Below, piece after piece: positions 22,409 through 35,300 of a DNA stretch of 64,000 nucleotides. The stretch spans positions 1,206 through 65,205 of the forward strand of contig JAHLWZ010000158.1 of NCBI GenBank assembly GCA_020536535.1, written 5' to 3'. The notes beneath the pieces are model-generated. The model saw only the letters and a list, made by a program, of their open reading frames with translations. It was not told the DNA's origin and searched no databases. A program made the position numbers and the translations under genes. The stretch's first letter is position 1. Each line of letters begins with the position of its first letter. The stretch is from Pelomyxa schiedti (taxonomy: Eukaryota > Protista > Evosea).

Positions 22409-23830
22409 TTAAGATCCATGTTGGTTCTCAAGTACACTACGGATGATGATGTCGGTAACAGCCTCAAACACGGCAGTCACGCTCTTGGTGTCGGTGGCAC
22501 ATGTAATATGTGCATACAAAGGTTTCTTCTGGTTTTCCACCAGAGAGAAGAATTTATCCCGGATGAAGTTAGCAGCAGTCTCCCAGTTGGGTCCACCTTT
22601 TTGCATTAGTTAGAACAAGGTAACATAGAATCAAGGTAACAGCTTGGAATCAACCATTGTAATCGGGGAATGTTGCTTCAAGGGGGCTCTTCAGAATTTT
22701 TTTTTGGAATAGGTCACTCTTGTTAAGGAACAAGAGGAATGGGGTCGATCCGAACCACTTATTGTTGGTAGTCTCCTTGAATAGTCTCAAGGATTCCGTC
22801 ATTCTATTGGTGACACCATCTTCGTATCTGATAAATTGGTAAACAAAGCAAAAAAAAAGCAAGGCCTATTACAGTTTCAGGTCATATTCACTGAGAGCAA
22901 TAACAAAAACTACTGCAGTTACATCATCAAAACAATTCATCCATTTTTTCCTTTCACTTCGTTGGCCTCCAACATCAACAACTCTTTGTCAAATGGTGAA
23001 CACCTCACAAGGCTTGAAGGAGTTGATTACCTAAACCGCGTGTTTCGGTATACAAAATCTATTTCATTTACACCACTAGTTTTCACTCTGCTAGCTAGCA
23101 CATCATCTACAGATGGCACATAAGCAGGTTGAGAAATTCTGTCAATGTTTTCAAAAAAGCTAGACTGTGTCACAGAAGAGAAGACAAACTAATAACAATA
23201 ACAGAAGCAACATACTATGCAGCACAATCAAATAACTGGAATTCGTTCCTCCTTTCATATGCTGCTCTGATGCCTGGGTCCGTCCAAAGAGTCTTTTTCC
23301 CGTTGTATTTAATAAGACTAGCACAAGAAAGTGTTTATTGGGATGAATTATACCTTGATTGCCGCAGCAACATCAGGAGTATATGGCTCATGAAGAATTT
23401 CATATTCTGGCCTCTTCACAATCTCTGCTTGTGCCTGGAAAAAGTTGGAGAAGCACACGAGTCGTATGATATACCGTGGCGGCAATAGGAACCCCAAAAT
23501 CGCCAGCAGCTCGAACAAGGTTGCGCATACTCCCCAAGGCATTGTTGAGAATCGCCAGCTTATATGCATTACGTTCTTCAGTAGTGAAACCGTCCAAATG
23601 AATAAGCTTCAATTGTTTGGCTATTGTGCTTTTTCCAGATTCCCCAGCCCCTTCATGCAAGTCATAAAAAAAAAAACGAGAAGACAACAATGAAACAAAC
23701 AAAACACTCGATCCCTACCCAACAACAAGAGCTTGATTGTTTGGTTCCTGTCGTTTCTAGTCTTTTCATCGTGGAGTGCCTTGTCAATTTCCAGAGTTCG
23801 TTTTGCTTCCACACTTTGACCACAACCCAT
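22409..23830 (-). CDS. Heterotrimeric G-protein alpha subunit
   Basis: MGC N-terminus, LLLLG|[44 protein letters not shown]. Confidence 0.95.
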
Positions 23831-24117
23831 CTACGTGTGTCGTTTTCTCGTTTGTGTCGTCTTTACCAACCCCGCACGTGCTGCCCCCTGCCGCTTTTTC
23901 TCGTATTTTTTTTGTTTTGTGTACACACAGGTTTATTTTTCTCTTTTCCACATGCAGGGAAGTTAATGCTGTCAGTTTATGGAAATCAGACTAAAACATC
24001 CAGATCGCAGAATGATAGAACGTTAGATTAACCAAAAGTTTCTTTCGAGTTTTTGTTTCCCAAACTGGGTTAATAGGTTGGCGATAGAGTCACTGATGTT
24101 GGTTTTGGTTGAGGGAT

Positions 24118-25960
24118 TTAGGAACGCATTACTGTTTGGAAATAGGGAGGTGGTGTTGGGGGCTTGGAAAAGGCTAGGCGGAGGGTAATAAGTGGTGTGA
24201 CTTTAGTGTTATTTGCTATGCAGAGTGCATTAGTGGCAGTGGGTGCATCAGCGAACTCAATAAGCCCTTCTCGGGTGCTGCGGAAATGTTAGAAATTGGA
24301 AAGCCGGTTAGTGGGCCGGTCTTACTTGCGATCGTCCTTGACGGGTGTGAGTGGTTCTTTTTTGGTGAAGAATTTCACAGTGGTTGGAAGGGGTGCATGA
24401 AGATTTTGGAAAACCGCAAGCATGTTTTCCTCAGTGAAGTCATTTGGGATATTGTTGAAATAAAGACTATGTGATGGGCGATACACGTCTGTGCAGACCA
24501 TTAAAAGAAAACTCGGAAAACGGAAAGCGGCTCACGGCGAAGTGGATTGGATGTCTTGCATCTGTTGAGAGGTGAAGAAGAAAAGTCTTTACACAATGGA
24601 ATAGGTTGCACTTCAGCAGAAAGATCATCCTAATCAATGTATGAGTGAAATGTCTCAAGTATGAGAACCTTACACTTGGAGATGTCCTGCTGTCCAAAAT
24701 GTAGGGGTGACGTGAAAAAACGATTTGCAGTTGTTGTGAGAAAAGGGTGGCGCCATTCAAAAAGGTCTTTGCCGTTTCAGCCATCATACTGTCTCCCATT
24801 TGAACCATGGCCACACCTTTTTTCGTACCTAAACACTTGATCTAAAAAGGAGATTGGTTCATCCAAAAAAAAACCATAATAAGAAACCTTGAGAACATTG
24901 CCATAGAGACAGAATAAGTTGAAAAGCCTCTCTGGAGTGAAAGCTTTTTCGTCGACATTATAAACCATAAGGACAGTGTGTGGTTCTACTCCCACACTTC
25001 TGTAGAAATCCATTGCTGCTGCTACATACAAGTTAAAATTTCCGGTTAACACTTCTCGAATTACCTTGAACTTGGGCAACAGCAACGTTAGGGTCTACAT
25101 AGCCAACCAGTGAAGGCATTCCCATACCTGGGTACTGTTCCCTCATTGGTTGGAGTGAGGGTTGCATAACTTGACCTTTTTTAGTAAGTCAGATATCAAA
25201 AGCTATTTATCGTTTTAGGTTTCTTATTGTATTAATACCAGGCGAGAACATGCCAGGTAGAGGGCCAGTAGGGATTGCCGGATTGGTGAAGTCACGTGTA
25301 GTTTCAGTGTTGGCAGTAACATTGAGTTTCTCCGTACGAGAAAATTCAATTTTGAGCGTGCAGGCTCCGGTGTAAATGTCTTTGCCTTCCAGTGCTGTTT
25401 TGGCAATAGATGCGCTTTGGGCAGAGTCAAACCTGTACACAATGAATACCCAGCCAGAAAAGAAAAACAGTGCATACTCAACGAGAGCCTGCACTCCATT
25501 TTTCGAAAATATCACAATGCGTTGTACGGCACCATAGGGAGACATAATTGCATACAGAACGTCGATTGTGATGGAGTATAGTGGATTAATTATAGAGAGG
25601 AGAAGAACGCGATTTGGTTGCTGTGGTTGCCTGGTAGGAATTAGCTTGTAAGGGCATTGGCATGGGGGATGATACCTTTTCATGGGTTGTTGATTTATTT
25701 TCTGGCTTTTGCTGTAACTGAATTGGAGTTCTGTGTCCTTGAGATAAACGGGGCGCTGGCGTGTTAAATTAATCAGACTGGAAGCAGCATTAACGTCTTC
25801 CATTTCAATGAGTGCTTGATTGAATTTTGCCAAGTGAACGTCTAGAAAAGGAGAAAGAAGTTACTCAATCGCGAACCCTACAAGTCAAAGAAATGTTGTG
25901 TGATGTGCCAGGTGACCCGTCTTCTTCATATAGGAATAAGACGGAAGTGCAATCAATTAA

Positions 25961-25999
<39 letters not shown>

Positions 26000-26780
26000 T
26001 ACAGGCAACAACGTTGCCAAACTGAGAGGCGAAAGTGACCAGCTCCTCGTTCATGGATTCGAGTACGTTGCGAACGTGGATGACTTTTGACGACGGTGCG
26101 GGGCCCGAATCGACCAACACCACTGATTGAGGTGCGCTCGTGGGGGAACCGACGACGCCGATTGGTTGTTGAGGGGTCGTGGCTTGTGATGAGACCGAGA
26201 CCGCGGGGGGAGAAGCGGATTGTGGGATGTTGGAGGAGGAGGGGGAGGAGGAGGAAGGCTGGGAGGCGCGGCCGCGTGGGTGCTGTTGTTGTGTGGATTC
26301 GGTGGGCGACGTCGAAATGGAGATTGTGGGGCCGGCCCTGCCAGAGGTGGTGTTGCTGGAGGAGGCAGTGTTGGTGGGGCTGTTGTTGTTGGAAGCAGAC
26401 GAAACAGGAGAAGATGAAGATGGTCCGGTTTGTTGTTGCTGTTGTTGTGGCGAGGGAGTAGTGACCGTGGTGATGATGGTTCCCGGCGCCTGTGGCGCAG
26501 CCTGCGACGCCGACGAAGAAGAAGAAGAACAAGAAGGCGCGGTAGTGGCGGCAGAAGAGGCAGGGGAGGCAGACGAGGTGGAAGAGGCAGAGGGCGTAGC
26601 GGAGGCGGAGGAGGAGCCGCTGGAAGAAGAGGAGGAGGGGGGCGGGGCGGCGGCGACGGCGACGGAGGGGCTTGTGGTGCCGGCGCCGGAAACTACGCTG
26701 CGGGCGTTGCTGGGTGCCCCGCGCGCGGCGCCCGTGGTCGCGTGGGAGGAGGCCGTGTGTGGTTGCTGGGGATGCGTGGT
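24118..26780 (-). CDS. PTB/hnRNP L-like multi-RRM protein (5' end uncertain)
   Basis: PSSKVIHVRNV, QALIEM, NRVLLLSIINPLYSITIDVL, GVQALVE, IYTGACTLKIEFS, LFNLFCLYGNV, ITLRLAFSK. Confidence 0.9.
25964..25999. repeat. (GACA)9 microsatellite in an intron of the PTB-like gene
   Basis: gacagacagaca... immediately inside the intron 5' end on the minus strand. Confidence 0.9.
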
Positions 26781-27541
26781 GGGCGTGCTTTTTGCTTGGT
26801 TTCGGGGCGTTTTTTTTTTTTCTAATTTCGAAGGGACGGTAGGCTTGCAAGTTCGGCCTACGACTTTTTTAGTTTGTTTTCTCGTACGTAGAAGGATTCG
26901 ATGTCAAAACGCAATTGGTTTTGAAGCTGGAGACTGAGAACCAAGACTACCCCCGTGCCCTCCCTCGAGATACAGAGGGGCTCCAATGATGGCGTCCGTA
27001 TTCTGTACCGGAGATTGTCGGGGGAGCTGATGAACCGAACCATCCAGTTTCGCTACAATAATGGGTAGCGGGACTTGGAGCAAGTCATGCACTTCTTTGT
27101 GGGCGCCGGAAAATTGACGCTCCTCTCGAAGAGTTGATCCTGTGGTGGCGAAGAACTTTTTCCTGATGTCCCTTCCCTTCTCACTGGTGTGTGATGGATT
27201 TCTTCATCACGGAAATGGTTGGCTGATCATCACAGAGGGTCCCTGACCCATTACCAGAGAGGGCTGAAGTGCTCCTGCCCCACGAAGATCAAGTCTCCGT
27301 GCTGCTTTTGTTATGAATTCCCGCTTCCTTAACGGGAAATAAATTGATTTTTCGCGATTTTACATTCTCCGCTGTCCTACGGACCGAAAACTTGAGCTGA
27401 ACAAAGCGAAATCGACACCCACGAAAAACAGAGAAAAAGACCACGGCACCCCTTTGTTTGTAAAAAAATATACATAAAAAAAACAAAAAACTTCCTCAAG
27501 CAACCCACAACAAGCACCACCTCCACACCACAGGGGAAAAA

Positions 27542-30500
27542 ATGAAAGGAGAACCTTCTTCTAAGTTGGACGAGGAAGAAGACCCCGGAGCCAGCACAAC
27601 CAACACAACCAACACAACACGAAGTCGGAGCACGAGTATGAGCAGCTCAATGACTCCGAGGCAGCTCTCGAGACCCAAAAAGGCCATGGACTGGCTGTCA
27701 AAGTGCGCCAAAAGCCACACTCTTCGGAGCGTACTTTTGGCCGCCGCGCTCGTGGTCTGCACAGCCGTGCCTGTTTTCGTGGTCTGGGAGATCAACACCA
27801 ATGATTCGGTAGACAACATGGTTTCGCGTACAATCACGGAGGCCAGTGCCCGTAAGTTACCAGAATCTAATCAGCTTTTTTCTTTTTCTTTTTCTTTTTC
27901 TCCCTTCTTCCGAACAGTTATTGTTAACGCCGTTTTTCAGTCGTGTCGTATAAGATCCTTAGTACTTTATCGGTGAGTTCCAAGTCCTTTTCTTTCCCCG
28001 CCCCACTTAAGTGTGTTATCAGGTCCTCGATGAACAAGTTGAAGCCATATTTGATGCATTTAGGCTCGACCGCAGTTTGTTGCAACCTGGACATTTAACC
28101 TCTCTTTGGAATCGACAAGCAAGCGCCATGCTACGGGTAAACACTCGCACTTGTGGGGTGGTGTTTGTTCTTACAAATAGTCAGGATAGCACATACTTGT
28201 CAACTATAGTGGTTCCATCTAATCCAGACACCTTCGACCCATATATGGCTGCGGGAATGATCTCTCAGGCCAACGTGGTTTGTGACTCATAGCATTCTGG
28301 CAAAGTTCTAACTTCAAAAAAGACTTTCAGTATGGTAACGCCTCGAACTGTCAATATCAGTCTTGTCGCCTATAAGGATCCCTTTATTGCCAATGGGACT
28401 TTGTGTCTGAGTACAGTTTCATTTGCAAAGCCAGGGCTCTCTCGGCTCATGTGCTCTGATCGACTGATAAGATGGAATATGATTTTCCCACCACCTCTGC
28501 TGAATGGTGGTTCCCTATTAAGTGAGCCAACGGAGCAAGATGGGAGGCTCCTTATTGATGTATCCAAGGTAAACTCTAAAAATCTCTCTCTCTTTTTTTT
28601 TTTTTTTTGACAAGGAAAGGTACTCTTTTTGTCCAACCGGCCTGTAGCCTGGGCAATAAGTGGAATAGAAGTTACAATTGTAAGACACATATATTTTTTA
28701 TGCCCTTAACAGTCAAAAGTTGACTGAAATACTTTCTGAAATCGATTTTCCGGAGAATGGATTTGGCTACTTGATGGATAAAACTGGCCATGTTGTTGCC
28801 ACCCTTGGTTCTGCTTCTGTTAATTCCACGGAACTTGGGTACCATTCTGCATCAACGACCTTTCTTTCTCAACCTTGTTTTTAGGCGAGCTTTCCCCCAT
28901 AACTGCTCCGATCTCCGAGTCGTGAATTCCTGGAATTTTATTAAAAAGCGCATCGGTCGTACTGCTTTGGCAACAACAGAACAACTTTCTTACAATGATG
29001 AGCTTGGCGGCTACAAACTGTGTGATCATTATCCTTATTATTTTTTTCTCATTTTCCTTTTTCCAGGAATGGTATCTTTTTAGTCTACCCAATTGCAAGC
29101 ACTAACCTCCATTCAAGTTGACGTATTGGAACCCTTTCCTGGTGTCAACTGGACTATTGTTTTAGCCATCTCTACTAGGTAATATCTAAAGTTACTTGGT
29201 AGTGATAAACTGAGTTGACTTTTTTTTTCAGAATGTACACCGAAAATGTTACTCAGAGTGTCCAAAGTACAGCTCTGATCACTGCAGCAATTGTGGCCAC
29301 TGTTCTTCTTCTTGGGTATTATATTATACATATTTTACCATTTCCTTACGTATGCAGTATTCTATCGTCGATATCCCTCACAAGGAAAGGTCCTACTGTT
29401 TTCCCTGAAACAAAACTCGACTTGGATGCGGGAATCACCAAGGTGCCATAATTGACCCAGTTTAGGTCAACATTTACTCCTCCTAGATCATAGACAAGCT
29501 AAAGGAATTACGTAAAACAGCTGACAACCAGAACAAAATTACCATTGACGAAATCATTCAGAATATTACCCATACCACAGGGCTTTTCATGCCAGACTTG
29601 AGAAAGCAAACAGGCCTATTGGACTCTGACATACAAAAATGGTTGTAAATATGACTAGTTCGCAAATAGCTTATAGTACTGTATATTTTAGGTTAAATGA
29701 CGAGATAGCTCCCGCGGTTCTACAAGATTCTCCTCATGGGAAGCATAAGAGTAAGAAACTCCACACTATAGCTGTTATGCCCCCTTGTGACCTGAACCTC
29801 GACACATTTGGATTCGATGTAAGTGCCTTTTTTATTTATCTCTATTTCCCTTGCCCACCTTTTTGGACAGGTATTTGATATTCCATCAGAAGGAATTTTG
29901 GAAAGAGTGGCCATGCAGGTTGCACAGTCACTTATAGTAAGACACTTTTTCACCCTCACAAAGGCTTTGTCTTCGCTTGGTGTTCTGCCCCGGCTGAAAA
30001 TCTCCAGTGAATCTGTTCGCGCATTCATTGCAGAAATAGAGACCCACTATAAGGTACTTAGTATACTTCTTTCACCCAATTTCTTACTCTGGTAACTGCC
30101 ATAGAACAATGCATATCACAATAGCATTCACGCCGCGGATGTTGTTCAATGCCTGTATTTTCTCCTAACAAATGGATTACGCCACATTCTCGGTTCAAAC
30201 AATGACTGGGATATTTTCACTCTCATCATTGCCGGTGTAGTACATGATGTGGGCCACCCAGGCGTTAACAATGTATACACTTCAGAAATCTTCCTTATGT
30301 TAAACTATCACAGGCATTTCTTGTTTCAACTGGCGATGAGCTAGCCCTACATTACAACGGTATCTTGTTGCAATAGGTGGTATTTAATTCATCAATCTGC
30401 TTAGATCGTAGTGTACTGGAAAATTTCCATGCCAGTTTTTCTGGCAAGCTCATCATCACTAAGTACGCTGCAGAGTGGGGTCTATCTCTTTCAGATTTGA

Positions 30501-31173
30501 AATATGGTGAGTTTTTTTTTTCACTTTCATGTATTCTGATGTTTCTCAAAAGTGCGAGGCCTACTGATCAGTTTAGTTCTTGCAACTGATGTGTCTTTGC
30601 ACTTCGAAATTGTTTCCAAATTCAAGGTATCGCCAACGACCGTACTTTTACACCTTATTTATTTTTGCATGTTTTTGCAGACCCTCTTGGAAGATTCAAA
30701 GTGCAACTTTAAAGATAACAAGGATCACCGCTCTCAGCTGCTTTGTATGGCCATGAAAACCGCCGACATCTCCAATGTGAGTAGTAACATAAAAAGCTGT
30801 TCGACTAACAAATGCAGGTAATGCGCCCCCATAAGCAGATGCTACGTTGGGTGAAGCAACTGACTGATGAGTTCTTTGCTCAAGGAGACCAGGAGAGACA
30901 ACGCGGCCTTCCCTTGAGTCCCTTCACTGATCGTGAAGATGGACTGGTCAAGCTACCAAAGCTTCAGACTAACTTTATCTCGTATGCTGTTCACCTATTT
31001 CTTCTTTTTTGTTGATCTATGCCAGTCTTATCGCCGATCCTTTGTTACAAACCATAGACCGAGTTTTCCCCCTACCAGCACTCAAAGATAATTTGGCTGA
31101 AAACTCTCAATTCTGGGGCACAAATCCGATTCTTAGTTTCGATATTTCCGGGTATGGTCCCAATCAAACTTAA
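27542..31173 (+). CDS. Membrane-anchored class I cyclic-nucleotide phosphodiesterase with Cache-like extracellular region
   Basis: YHNSIHAADV, HDVGHPGVNN, SVLENFH, LATD, KTADISN, EFFAQGD, QTNFI. Two TM helices flank GFGYLMDKTGHVVA and PGVNWTIVLAI. Confidence 0.9.
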
Positions 31174-32374
31174 AACACTAGAAGCCGTGACTTCAGCTAA
31201 CTGGAATCCCAACAGAAAGTAGAAATCAAGAAGAGCTCCTATGCAAAATGCAAACACTAGACAGCTGCATTGCATGCATATGTTGTACATAACAACATCT
31301 TTCAGGGTAGTGTCCAGTGGCCTTTATCAGCTCACCAACAAGACCCTGCACCTACACGCAAACTCCAATAATCAAAACCTTTATTTGTTTTGATGTTCGC
31401 ACTATTTTTTTTATCGATGATTAGCTTAACCCGTGTTGTTTATTTTCCCTTTGATATCGGGGAGCAGAAATAGGGAAGTCTGTCCTTTGAAAATGCAGCT
31501 CCCGGTGCTCCTGTGTGGAAAGCAATCGAGTGTTCTCGTATTCCTTTGTATTGTCATGCTCTCTATTACAGCATATCACACGTCCAGTTCCAGTTTCTCC
31601 AAGGATGGCTTGCAGTGACTTCTCCTTAAGTGTCAACAACATCTGGGTCCGGCAATAGGACCAGCAGTGTGCTCGCAAAACTCCAAGCTGAGCTCCAGCA
31701 AAAAGACAACAACAATATTGAAGTTGCCATCTGCATGGGGATCGCTCATGCTTACCACTTGTCACAAGTCAAAGAAGCAGCTGAGTCCAAGGCTCAGTCA
31801 TGTGGAACATCTCCTTCATGTCCTCATCCGCAATACCTCATTGAAGAGTGGTGATTTACGACACTTGCAAGCCATTGCCAGTGGAACGGAGCCCTTCCAG
31901 TCGTGGCGACCACCCTTGAAATGGGTGAGAGGTGTCGGGAGTATTATGAATACCGCGATAATGGAGATTGAATGGCTACCTGGCGTGCGCTGCTGCCGGA
32001 GGACACCCTGATATTTGCAGAACAGCAAGTGGAATGTTGCCCAGACCAGCTCCTTACAGAAGGTACACCTTTAAAGCCTTCAGTGCTGCAGTTTATTCTA
32101 AAGCTGTGTCGCCGGAAAAACGCATTGCACTCACGTCACAAGCAAAGGTGAGAGAGTGAAGGTGTCTAGAGAGCTAGTAACTCGTCACATGGACACAGGT
32201 ATCAAAGTAATTCAAAAGTTCGTTGTTAGATGGGGCGGACGATAGTGGTGGTTGTTTTCCGCCAATGGGCGCCACAGGGGTAGCGGAATGGCGGTAGAGT
32301 GATTAAAAAAAATACACTTTCCGAATCAACAGAAACGAAAAAACAAAGCTTTGTTGAAGATTAATTCTCGTTAA

Positions 32375-35300
32375 ATGTCGCGCCCGAAACAGCCACCGTG
32401 TTGGTCAGTCTTCATGGTACGTTCGTTTCCTCGTTCGTTGGTTGTATTGGTCTGTTGTCTCCCTTTTTTTCCTTTTTTTTCCTTTTTTTTTTTTTTTTTT
32501 TTTTTGTGTGTGTATTGTAAAACCAAATAAAGGTTGGGGCCAACGTAAATGGGAGGCTGGGGCTTGGGGACAATGTGGACAAGCCTCAGTTCACAAAGGT
32601 GGCATATTTTTCTGAAACGCCAATTTCGGCTGTTTCGTGTGGGGCCTACAACACTCTCTTCGTTTCTGGTATTCTTTCATGTTTATGGCTTTGCCTCTCT
32701 TTTTCCCTTTTTTTTTTTTTTTTTGCTTCCGTCTTTGCTCTGCTCTTGCTGCGGCATTCATTCAAATTCGTAGTTGATGGCCAGCTCTATTTGAGCGGTG
32801 CCACAAAATGTCGTGATGGCAGCAGCCTGTTTATGGGGGCTAGTTCTCAGTCCCCTGTTGCACCACCTCAAACACCACATGTTGCACCTCCTACCTCAAG
32901 TGTTACATCCCAAAGTTCTGCTGTACTCCGTACTTCATCTGAGGATGCTACTGGCGATACTCCCTCTCGCCCTCCATCTCGCCCACCACCACCAATACCC
33001 TCTCGACCCACACGCCACAAAACTACTGCAGAGTCTTCCACTAGTGGTGCCTCTCCTGACACCCTGGCACACTCCACTAGCACCGCAGTTACACCCACCA
33101 CAAACACCACACCTGCCCAGCCGAAACCTTACGAAGTTGTTCCAGTTCCACTACCATTCAAACTTCCCCAGGGCAGAGTGAAACAGGTTGCCCTTGGCAC
33201 ATATCATGCCATGCTACTCACAGGTTTCCTTCTGTAGAGCCTCGGTGTGATATTGATTTTGTGTGCAAATAGATGAAGGTTGGGTTCATGCTTGGGGTAG
33301 TGCCAGCTTTGGCCAACTGGGACTGGGGACTACATCCTCTGTTCTGGTACCACAACAGATCCCAGGCCTAGCTGGTAGCCCACTGTTCCTGTTACTCTCT
33401 TCTTAGTTTCCTGCAGGTGTGGTTCAAATCGCTGCTGGCACGTCACATTCTGCAGCGGTGACAGGTTACTTGAAGTTCCTCGTAACCAAAATATAATTGT
33501 TTTTCTACAGAACTGGGTGAACTGTATACCTGGGGTAAAAATACTACATATCAGGTATGCAATTTCCTCTAACACACTATATTAAAAGCCAGTTCCAGCT
33601 TGGACATGGAGACCCATTCCCAAGAAAAAGTCCCTTCAATGTCAAAATTTCGTAAGTAACACACTTTGAGATTTTCCTCATGATGCGTTCAAGATCTACA
33701 TCAGACACAGGAATTAAAACCAGGGAGTTCATCAAACAAGTAGCTTGTGGGGATTCCCATACAGTCTGCCTGACTGGTACCAAGGAAGCAGAATTTTTCA
33801 TAAAAATTGATGGAAAAATAGACAACCATAAAGTGTTTCTCTGGGGACAATGCAATGACTCTGGAGCAGTAACGCCAACCCCTGAAGAATTCCATTTAGA
33901 AGCCTTCTTTGAATACCCAGTCATTGCCACACAGGTTTACCCCTTTTGAGATATGTCAACTACATATCTGATACCCACAATAAAATAGCTTGCTTGTGGA
34001 CAATGGCACACGGTGTTAGTAACCAACACTGGTGTTGTTCTGCAGTGGAAACTTGGAGAACAACCTCTTGTGGTTCGTGGGGAGTTGAGTGGTAAATGTG
34101 CTATTCACGTTGCTTGTGGAAGCTTCCACACTACGTGTGTCACTGGTTTGTGCTTGTAGTTTCGTGGGAGGGAGTTGGACTGTACAATATCACTCACTAC
34201 ACCAATTTCGCTCCCTAACAGATGAGGGAGCCGTATATTCTTTTGGAGAAAAAAATTCTTCATGTCAACTTGGCCGCCCCACTCCAACTTCTTCTGGGGA
34301 CTTATCACCAGTATTAGAGTTCATTTCTACAATTTGGAGCTTATCATATTATCTAAGGGGCTTGTGGAGGGACTTCCTTTAAATCAAGGATTTCATGTTT
34401 CTTCAGGAGAGTACCATACTGCAGTAATAACGGGTTTTTTTCCTTGTTCCGACATTTTTATCAGCTCAACAACAACAGTCACACACCCAAAGTATCTGAT
34501 CTCTCAAAAAATGCTACGTTGCTTTAGGCGCTTTTTCTTGGACCTGCTTGCTGTTGTGAAAGTTGTTGTCATCCACTTCCTTCCTGTATTAATAAGAAAC
34601 AAGGGATACATGTACCCTATTCGAGAAGCAATGGCTCAACTCCTTGAAAAGAAGCCAAGACCCCTCTCCCTCACTGTCAAGAGAGGATCTTTTTCTGAGG
34701 TAACTAGCCCTTTTTTTTAGATTCACAAACTGCCCACAAAACAAACAAACTAAAAAGACATCCAATTCAAGCTTCTGTAGAGTGGAAGTACCATCACTCA
34801 TTCCAACATCACCAGCTGCAAATCGCTTTCCCACACTCCGGGGTGATAAAAGAAAGCTTGTGCAAGAAGATGTCCTAATGACAGATGAGGTGTGCAAACA
34901 ACTGAATCCCACTTTTTTTTATGGGCACACAGGACTTCAATCTCATTTTCCAGAATTTTGAACCCATGTTGCGCACTGCTGTAACTCTTCTGCAGTGCAT
35001 TGATGACTACTTGTCCCTCCACTCACAAAAAACTCTGGGGGAGATAATTCTCAATAATGTACCCCATGCCCCTTTTGTATGCTGTTAACTGGGAACTAGT
35101 TTTCTTCGTTCAGGCATCTCATAGATTATATTGATCTTTACAATGATACACAACAGGGCCTTTTTAATGCTAAGAAGAAATCCGAGCAGTTCTCTGCCTT
35201 ACTAAGGGTTGGTTTCTGCCTTGCTATCTTGTAATCTAATTTTGAACATATTTAGGAGATTGAGGGTGGTGTCACAAATAAATTTACCAATATTTCTGCA

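Noticed and set aside
26087-26937. Long plus-strand ORFs (252, 131, 124 aa), and likewise 17282-18100 and 13532-14026
   Set aside because: Antisense shadows of GC-rich or low-complexity coding sequence on the other strand.
31400-32200. Possible small gene between the PDE and RasGEF genes
   Set aside because: Short ORFs on both strands with no recognisable motif and no consistent exon chain.
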